A stretch of DNA of 23,419 nucleotides from Promethearchaeota archaeon (lineage in GTDB: Archaea > Asgardarchaeota > Lokiarchaeia > Sigyniarchaeales > SOKP01): positions 1 to 23,419 of the forward strand of contig JBHLOI010000052.1 of assembly GCA_048940645.1 (NCBI GenBank), read 5' to 3'. The notes below the pieces were generated by a model. It did not search any database. It was not told the origin of the DNA and was given only the letters and a program-made list of their open reading frames with translations. Each line of letters begins with the position of its first letter. Position 1 is the first letter of the stretch. The translations under genes were made by a program, and so were the position numbers. Shown here in pieces: positions 17,038 through 23,419 of this stretch.

Positions 17038-18537
17038 TTATTTATAGATAATTAATCCTCGTTTCTCTAAATCTTTCAAAAAGTTTGGAATTTCAGCTAT
17101 ATAATTAAAATTTAAATCTAATATTTTAAGTGAAGATAAATTGGAAATAGATTGAGGAAGTTTATATAATTTATTACCCCATAAACTTAATGTTTCTAAT
17201 GATTGAAGAGAACCAAACCATTCTGGCAATTCTTCAAAATTGTTCCAACTTAAATTTAATTTTCTAAGAGATTTTAATAAGCTAAATGATTTAGGTAATA
17301 TAGTTAATCTATTATTCCATAATGTAAGTTCTTCTAAAGATGATAATGAACCAATAGATTTTGGAAGATTTATTAATTCATTGTCGTATAAATGAAGAGT
17401 TTTAAGGGATCTTAGTGAACTAATCCAATTTGGTAATTGCTTTAATTTATTTCCCCCTAATCCCAATTTTGTGATTGATTTTAGAGATTTTATCCAAGTC
17501 GGGAACTTTTCCAATTTGTTTAAACCAAGCTCTAAATATTTTAGCGATAATAGCTTTTTTAGTGAAATATTGATACTTTTTAAGTGATTTCCATATAAAT
17601 CTAAAACTTCTAAATTCGAAAGCCTATTTAATGATTTTGGTAAGGATTTTAATTTATTTGATCTTAAATCTAGGATTTTAAGAAGTTTAAGATTCCCTAT
17701 CGAATCTGGAACATGGGTCAATTGATTATATCTTAAATTTAGATGTTCTAATGCTTTTAAGTTTCCTATTTCGAATGGAAGTTCACTAAGTTTATTATAG
17801 CTTAAATCAAGATGAATTAATGAAGTTAATATACTTACGGAATTTGGAATGAAGCTTAATCGATTAAACTTTAAATCAAGTACTTTCAATGCCTTTAATT
17901 CTGTTATGAATTCGGGGACTTTTTTCAATATGCTCCATCCATATACACTACTACTTATATCGGATAAATCTAATTCAGTAATTACTCCTTTATATAATTT
18001 AAAATCTATTTTACCGTATTTTTTTTCTAAATGATAAATTATTAAATAATTCTTAAGAATATCAGCAAGATCCTTAATAGAAAAATTTAGTTTGTCTATC
18101 CTTTTAAATAGATTAGTATAATGGCTTTTAAAATCACTGATTTCTATTGTATTTAGTTTATTAATAATTATCGTTCTTGATTGATGGTTATCTATTTCAC
18201 CTAAAGTATTTGTTATAGTTAATAAACATCTCAGTGATTTCTCATGATTAAGTGCAAAAGCAAATGGTTCAAGTATTTTATCTTTGAAATTTTTTCTCAG
18301 TATGTTTAATGCGTTAAATCTAATTATTTCATGTTTGTCAGATATTAATAAATTTTCTAACAGTTTGAAAATGCGAGGATTTACTGCCGATAATTTTCCC
18401 AAAACAACTATGCTTTTGACTCTATCAATTATATTTTCACTATTATCTATTAATGAAATTAATTGATTTATAGCTGAAGACTTATCTATTTCATTATTAA
18501 GATAGCTATCATAAACTATATCTGGAGGTAATTCCAT
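17038..18537 (-). CDS. HEAT-like N-terminal module + ~12-13 LRRs of 23 aa
   Basis: Same N-terminal module (IDKSSAINQLISLIDNS...FKLLENLLISD...ALNHEKSLRCL), 12 clear 23-aa LRRs and a C-cap LEKRGLIIYK. Confidence 0.9.
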   Translation of the reverse strand: MELPPDIVYDSYLNNEIDKSSAINQLISLIDNSENIIDRVKSIVVLGKLSAVNPRIFKLLENLLISDKHEIIRFNALNILRKNFKDKILEPFAFALNHEKSLRCLLTITNTLGEIDNHQSRTIIINKLNTIEISDFKSHYTNLFKRIDKLNFSIKDLADILKNYLIIYHLEKKYGKIDFKLYKGVITELDLSDISSSVYGWSILKKVPEFITELKALKVLDLKFNRLSFIPNSVSILTSLIHLDLSYNKLSELPFEIGNLKALEHLNLRYNQLTHVPDSIGNLKLLKILDLRSNKLKSLPKSLNRLSNLEVLDLYGNHLKSINISLKKLLSLKYLELGLNKLEKFPTWIKSLKSITKLGLGGNKLKQLPNWISSLRSLKTLHLYDNELINLPKSIGSLSSLEELTLWNNRLTILPKSFSLLKSLRKLNLSWNNFEELPEWFGSLQSLETLSLWGNKLYKLPQSISNLSSLKILDLNFNYIAEIPNFLKDLEKRGLIIYK

Positions 18538-18659
18538 TAAGTCTCAAAATTTGCTGTAATTTTTAATTTTTTATTTTGAATCCAAAAGGACAATAATATG
18601 AAGTGGTTTTAATTATTGACTTTTACTATTTATGTTGAATTGAAATGTAAATTGTATGT

Positions 18660-19040
18660 TTAAATTTTAATTGTTAGGTCTCTTTCTTTTAAAACTCGCA
18701 AAGATTTAGATAAATTGTCTACCTTATTGAAATTTAAATATAAAGTTTTTAGATTTTTAAGGGATTCTATTGAGTCAGGAATTTCTTTTAAATTATTCCC
18801 CCAAAGATTTAAAAACTCTAGAGATGTAAGAGAGTCAATCCAATTTGGAATGGAATCTATATTATTCTCACTTAAATTTAGAGTTTTAAGTGATGTTAAT
18901 TTTGCGTTACATTGTGGTAATCCAGTAAACTTATTATTCCTAAGATTTAATTCTACCAATTTATTTAAAAATTGAAAACTGTCAAGGAGGTTCTTTAATG
19001 TATTATCATATAAATGCTATACTTTAAGGCATTCTCGGAG
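18660..19040 (-). pseudogene. 5'-deleted, nonsense-interrupted LRR paralog
   Basis: Upstream of the 99-aa ORF the frame reads LRECLKV*HLYDNTLKNLLDSFQFLNKLVELNLRNN..., with TAG at 19017-19019 occupying a conserved Leu position. The five repeats and C-cap align in order with the end of the 17038 protein. There is no room for an N-terminal module before the AMP phosphorylase stop. Confidence 0.8.
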
Positions 19041-19044
19041 TTAA

Positions 19045-19066
19045 AGGCACACTTTTTAATGTGCCT
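19045..19066. repeat. 7-bp inverted repeat (AGGCACA-N8-TGTGCCT), possible terminator hairpin of the AMP phosphorylase gene
   Basis: Perfect 7-bp stem starting 10 nt past the minus-strand stop at 19076. Confidence 0.4.
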
Positions 19067-19075
19067 ATATTTTCT

Positions 19076-20614
19076 TTAAATTTTCTCTAGTATCATACCA
19101 CCCAGAGTTATTGGTCCACCTGATGCATTATATATCTTTTCTGCTTTTTTCAATTTAGACTGACTATGAGAATAAATTCGAAAAACAAGATCTCCTTCCT
19201 TCAGCCTTGCACCTTGTTTCTTTATGATTTCAACACCCGATTTTTTTGAATTCGGGCACCCCACAGCCTTTGCTATTTGATTTATTATTGAATTTTTAAC
19301 CTCAACAATGTATCCTTCTTTGGTAGCAAAAAACTCTTTTACATTTGGCCCGATCTCAATATCATCAGGCGTTATCTCAGGATTTCCACCTTGGGTTTCA
19401 ATAATGCTTTTCATTTTTTCATAAGCTTTGCCAGATCTTAATAATTCTTTTGCCAAAGCTTGACCTGACCCTTTTTGAGCTTTTCCACCCATTTCTAGTA
19501 ACATACCTGCTAAATCAGTAGATTTCTCGATTAAAGAATTTGGACCTGCTGAATAATCTTTCAGTAAAGTTAAGGCTTCTTTTGCTTCAAGAGCTGGTCC
19601 AATTGCGTGGCCTATAGGTTGATGTGCTAAGGTTAGCGCACATTCTGCTTCTATTCCTACATTAGCAGCAATTTCTTTAAATAGATAAGCAAATTGTTTA
19701 CCTTTATCAGGGGTTTGGAATTTAGTACCCTCACCGACAGGAATATCCAAAACAAGCTTTTTTACACCCATGCTTAGTTTTTTAGTGAGTATAGAGGGAA
19801 TCATTAAACCAATAGGATCCATATGAAGAGGGCGTTCAATTTCAATTAAAATGTTATCAGCAGGCGCAATATCTAATGCTCCACCCCAAATGATGCAAGC
19901 ATTTTCTTTTGAAACGATATCCTTTAATTCATCTGATTTAAAAGTAACAGGAGCTAATACTTCCATTGAATCAGCTGTACCTGATGGTGAAGTAATTGCT
20001 CTTGTAGATGATTTTGGAATGGTTAATCCCGCAGCAGCAACAATAGGGACAATTAGTAATGAGACTTTATTACCGGGCACTCCGCCTGTACTATGTTTAT
20101 CATAGACATCCATACCAAAATAAAAAATATCTCCACTCCTAACCTCTGCTAAAGTCAATGACGTCATTTCTTCATTATCCATACCATTTATTTGAACTCC
20201 CGTTATAAAAGCAGCTAAATCTATTCGGGATAATGATCCTGAAACAGCATCTGATATAAAATTATTTATTTCTTCACTGCTAAGTTTTTTCCCCTTTATC
20301 TTTTTTTGTATAAATCTAAAAGAATCTGGGGGATCTGCGGGCTTTACTGAAATGATTGTTCCATCTGTTAGATTTTTCTTTTCTTTTAAAATATCTAGAA
20401 AAATCCCGATTTCACCTGGTTTTACAATAGAATCAGAATAATCTATCTGGATTATCGCAACCCAAAATTCACTCTCAATTGATTTTGATTCTTTATTTCT
20501 TATATAGATTCGTTCTCCCGCTTTTTGACCAAGTTCTTGAGCATCTTTAATATTTAAAACAATATCTTTAGTATTTCCAGTTTCATAGTCTACTTTTTTT
20601 ACTTTTAGCTTCAT
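19076..20614 (-). CDS. deoA: AMP phosphorylase (archaeal long-form thymidine phosphorylase family)
   Basis: Motifs DKHSTGGVPGNK, IPKSSTRAITSPSGTAD, WGGALDIAPAD, LDIPVGEGTK, QPIGHAIGPALEA and IIETQGG. It has the ~95-aa N-terminal extension typical of AMP phosphorylases. Confidence 0.92.
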   Translation of the reverse strand: MKLKVKKVDYETGNTKDIVLNIKDAQELGQKAGERIYIRNKESKSIESEFWVAIIQIDYSDSIVKPGEIGIFLDILKEKKNLTDGTIISVKPADPPDSFRFIQKKIKGKKLSSEEINNFISDAVSGSLSRIDLAAFITGVQINGMDNEEMTSLTLAEVRSGDIFYFGMDVYDKHSTGGVPGNKVSLLIVPIVAAAGLTIPKSSTRAITSPSGTADSMEVLAPVTFKSDELKDIVSKENACIIWGGALDIAPADNILIEIERPLHMDPIGLMIPSILTKKLSMGVKKLVLDIPVGEGTKFQTPDKGKQFAYLFKEIAANVGIEAECALTLAHQPIGHAIGPALEAKEALTLLKDYSAGPNSLIEKSTDLAGMLLEMGGKAQKGSGQALAKELLRSGKAYEKMKSIIETQGGNPEITPDDIEIGPNVKEFFATKEGYIVEVKNSIINQIAKAVGCPNSKKSGVEIIKKQGARLKEGDLVFRIYSHSQSKLKKAEKIYNASGGPITLGGMILEKI

Positions 20615-20736
20615 AGTTTAAATCCAATTTTTTGTTATAGAGATATAAGAACATTTAAGTTTATATTTTTAATGTTATAAATAAGTTTTCTGTTAGATAA
20701 ATAAATTTAATTAGAAAGCATTAAATAATTTGAATT

Positions 20737-21876
20737 ATGGATAAATTTGAAAAAGCTCAGAAAATTCTTAAAGAAATTAATGCTGATGGATGGTTAATTA
20801 TCTGTAATGAGGATAGTGATATAAATTCTAGATTCTTATTAGGAGTCGGATCACACGCTCGTCATTATATTTACGTAGCAGCTGATGGGAATCATAAGGT
20901 TCTATCTGTTGAAATGGAAGCTGCTATGATTGAGCACTCACTAAAGAAGAAAAATATAAAATGTAAAGTTATTAGCTATAAATCATTAAATGAATTAAGA
21001 AAATTATTGACAATAATCGTTAATAAATCTCGAATTGCTCTAAATTTTGGTGAAAATGTCCTAAAGGAAGATGGTACCTCACAAGCGGATTATATTCACG
21101 CTGGAGATTATTTTTCGGTAAAAGAATTAGCACCAAATACAGAATTTATATCCGCAGCTTCGATTATATATGAACTTAGAAGTGTTAAATCTTCCGAAGA
21201 GTTAAAAGATTTAAGAAACGTCTGTAAAGCTACACTTGAGATATTAGAAACTATACCGGAATTTGTAAAAGTAGGTATGACTGAAAAGGAAGTTAGAACT
21301 AAAATAGAATATGAGTATATGAAATTGGGGAAAACAGCATTCGAAACCATTGTAGGTTCAGGCCCTCATTCAGCAGATCCTCACCATAACACTTCAAATA
21401 AAAAGATTGAATCAGGCGTGTTATTAATTGATACCGGTTTACAAATAGATGAGATGTGTTCTGATATCACCTGGACTTTCTGGGTTGGAAAAAATCCATC
21501 TGATAAGTTTCTTCAGACATATAAAGTTCTTTTTGAATCAAAACAAATTGCTAATGAATATTTTATAGATGGCTCTCCCAATTGTCTTCCAGCGAGGAAA
21601 TGTCGCGAATATCTAGCAGAAAAAGGTTATGATCATGAGAAATTATTTTTCCATGGACTTGGACATTCATTAGGGTTTGAAGCTCATGATATCGGTGCGA
21701 GAATTAATAAAAGTATTCCAGAAACGCATACTCTTAAAGAAAATATGGTATATACAAATGAACCCGGTCTATATTGGAAAAGTGAATGGGGACTCAGGTT
21801 AGAAGATGATGTGATTATAGGGAAGACAAAATGCGAACAAGTAACCTACAACCCTGAAGATCCTATTTTAATTTAA
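20737..21876 (+). CDS. Xaa-Pro aminopeptidase/dipeptidase (M24B family)
   Basis: Motifs LRSVKSSEE, DPHH, LIDTG, SDITWT, HGLGHSLG..HD, NEPGLY and GLRLEDD carry the M24 metal ligands D, D, H, E, E. Confidence 0.92.
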   Translation: MDKFEKAQKILKEINADGWLIICNEDSDINSRFLLGVGSHARHYIYVAADGNHKVLSVEMEAAMIEHSLKKKNIKCKVISYKSLNELRKLLTIIVNKSRIALNFGENVLKEDGTSQADYIHAGDYFSVKELAPNTEFISAASIIYELRSVKSSEELKDLRNVCKATLEILETIPEFVKVGMTEKEVRTKIEYEYMKLGKTAFETIVGSGPHSADPHHNTSNKKIESGVLLIDTGLQIDEMCSDITWTFWVGKNPSDKFLQTYKVLFESKQIANEYFIDGSPNCLPARKCREYLAEKGYDHEKLFFHGLGHSLGFEAHDIGARINKSIPETHTLKENMVYTNEPGLYWKSEWGLRLEDDVIIGKTKCEQVTYNPEDPILI

Positions 21877-21916
21877 TTTCTAATATTTTTTTTGCTTTCC
21901 AAATTATTTGAGAAAG

Positions 21917-23224
21917 CTATAACTTTATCGAGATGGGGAATTCTTTAGTTTCTTCAATCAGATTTTGATCCGGATCTTTAAATTTAATTAAAAGTTTAAC
22001 AACATAATCTCCTGCTTCAAGTGGTTTAAGATTTACTTCCCATCTGATTTCTTCATTTGATCTCAATGAATAAATTTTTTTGGTGGTTGTACCTCGCATA
22101 ATTTTTAATTGTTCAGGAAACTCAGCATCAATATTTACATCCAACGCTTCACCCTGACTTTGATTTTGTACAAGGATTTCTAATGGAAAAGTCTGTTCTA
22201 TAAGTGGAGGTCTTAAATTTTTTGTAGAAATTTCCAGAGTTGGAGGTGGTGAAATTAGGTTTGGTATAATTTCAACTGTTTCATAGATAAATATTAAATT
22301 ATTATTTATTTCACAGGTTAACGATAAAGGTCCTATAAAAGGATTATCAAGCTGAAAATGTGGTTTAATTATAAAATCTAATTCATGGACTTTACCAATT
22401 TCCAAATCAACAGGAATAACCGGTTTCCTACTTGAACTTAGATTGTCTGATAATTGGAGGTTAAGTTTGATTATTTCAAATTTCTCAATTCTATAGCTAA
22501 AAAACGGGTTTTGGGTAACGGATAACAAAGGTTGGGTATTAATATTTACTTTTAAACTTATATTTTCATTTGTTCTATATAATTCTTTGTCTAATTGTAA
22601 TTCAGATTTTAAAGAAAGTTGCAGATTAGTAATAAAAAGAATTTCTCTCATCAATTTTAATTCAGCATCACTGAATTCATAATTTTGAAGATTAGTTTGA
22701 ATTTTTTCCAAATATTTTGGATTATTATCGCGTAAGCAAATTGTCAATTCTGTAACCAGAATAATTAATGGATGTTCTTTAAAATAAGAACTCTCAACTT
22801 TATTCTGCAATTTTTTAATAAAATTTAGTCCCTCTTCTTGTTTTATTTTAGTAAATAAGCATAAATAAGAAAGCACAGAAAATAATACATAATTATTATT
22901 CCGAGCCCCTTTACTTCTCAATTTTGGGATGAATTCGATTGCACTTTTGAAGATTTCATTTGCCTTCAAGTAATCATTATTTAGTAAGGAAGAATCCCCT
23001 GCCATTCTTAATAAATCCAAACTTGACTGGATTCTATCCAATTCTATAAACGCGTTTGCTCCATTAATAAAACTAATTATAGCTTGTTCATATTTATCCA
23101 ATTTTAAATAATTATTTCCAGCAGAATAATAATTTTTTGCGGCTTTCTTAAATTGTCTGGCTTTAAATAATTTTTCAGCTTTTAAAAATTGATTTTCAGC
23201 ATTTAAAAATAAATTTTTACCCAT
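21917..23224 (-). CDS. SNAP/TPR-like alpha-solenoid + two Ig-like beta-sandwich domains
   Basis: N-terminal AEKLFKARQFKKAAKNYYSAGNNYLKLDKYEQAIISFINGANAF is a TPR/alpha-SNAP-like pattern. Two C-terminal beta-rich repeats (YRTNENISLKVNIN...LDFIIKP...IGPLSLTC; LIEQTFPLEILVQN...WEVNLKPLEAGDYVVKLLIKF). No signal peptide or TM helix. Confidence 0.65.
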   Translation of the reverse strand: MGKNLFLNAENQFLKAEKLFKARQFKKAAKNYYSAGNNYLKLDKYEQAIISFINGANAFIELDRIQSSLDLLRMAGDSSLLNNDYLKANEIFKSAIEFIPKLRSKGARNNNYVLFSVLSYLCLFTKIKQEEGLNFIKKLQNKVESSYFKEHPLIILVTELTICLRDNNPKYLEKIQTNLQNYEFSDAELKLMREILFITNLQLSLKSELQLDKELYRTNENISLKVNINTQPLLSVTQNPFFSYRIEKFEIIKLNLQLSDNLSSSRKPVIPVDLEIGKVHELDFIIKPHFQLDNPFIGPLSLTCEINNNLIFIYETVEIIPNLISPPPTLEISTKNLRPPLIEQTFPLEILVQNQSQGEALDVNIDAEFPEQLKIMRGTTTKKIYSLRSNEEIRWEVNLKPLEAGDYVVKLLIKFKDPDQNLIEETKEFPISIKL

Positions 23225-23348
23225 TTACATTTCACAATTGTCTAAATTAATATTTCTATTAATTAATTTTAAAATTAAAAATTACTTGTAAAATCAGATT
23301 GCATGAAAGTAAAAATAAAAAAAATAATAAAAATTTAGATTAATTGAT

Positions 23349-23417
23349 TTAGAATGCCATTAATATGAGTATAAAGGCAATTAAAATGATCATTCCTCCA
23401 TAACCAAGAACAGGATA
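23349..23417 (-). CDS. 3' end of a probable membrane protein continuing beyond the window
   Basis: The frame reads YPVLGYGGMIILIAFILILMAF* (a hydrophobic helix), followed on the minus strand by a T-rich tract at ~23311-23333. Confidence 0.45.
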   Translation of the reverse strand, partial: YPVLGYGGMIILIAFILILMAF

Positions 23418-23419
23418 AC

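Noticed and set aside
15629-18537. Roco/NLR proteins or internalin-type surface proteins
   Set aside because: No P-loop, ROC-COR, TIR, signal peptide or membrane anchor is visible.
15650-19020. CRISPR array or DGR-type repeats suggested by the 69-bp periodicity
   Set aside because: The periodicity is LRR coding with diverged nucleotides. I saw no identical repeats, spacers, cas genes or reverse transcriptase.
20615-20736. Specific TATA/BRE promoter calls in this divergent gap and other intergenic regions
   Set aside because: Several TTTATA/TTATAA-like hexamers occur, but the DNA is too AT-rich to choose among them without transcript data.
5200-21350. Other short ORFs (5200, 7640, 11521, 12181, 13205, 13215, 17849, 18284, 18715, 19851, 21108)
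   Set aside because: All are antisense shadows of longer genes; their compositions mirror the sense-strand codons.

Overview
AT-rich archaeal chromosomal segment, most likely from an Asgard archaeon (Lokiarchaeia/Promethearchaeia-like). This assignment is inferred from the archaeal ATP-dependent DNA ligase and AMP phosphorylase, the N-glycosylation-sequon-rich surface protein, the expanded HEAT+LRR paralogs and several eukaryotic-signature-like proteins. Left to right: the 3' part of a very large single-pass surface glycoprotein (LamG plus Ig-like repeats, PGF-TM and an ~80-aa cytoplasmic tail) abutting a longin/uDENN + tandem winged-helix protein; a form IV RuBisCO-like protein; a HEAT+LRR protein; a GH36 alpha-galactosidase; a Zn-ribbon + tandem longin-like protein whose N-terminus the ORF track missed (probable ATC start); hisC with an unannotated decayed hisD remnant upstream; a gelsolin-domain protein; DNA ligase; two tandem HEAT+LRR genes plus a decayed third copy; AMP phosphorylase; an Xaa-Pro peptidase; a SNAP/TPR-solenoid + tandem Ig-fold protein; and the last codons of a membrane protein. 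I saw no RNA genes, CRISPR arrays or mobile elements. The best candidate for an undescribed system is the coupled surface protein + NPRL2-like gene pair. All domain calls are by-eye motif recognition; no searches were run.
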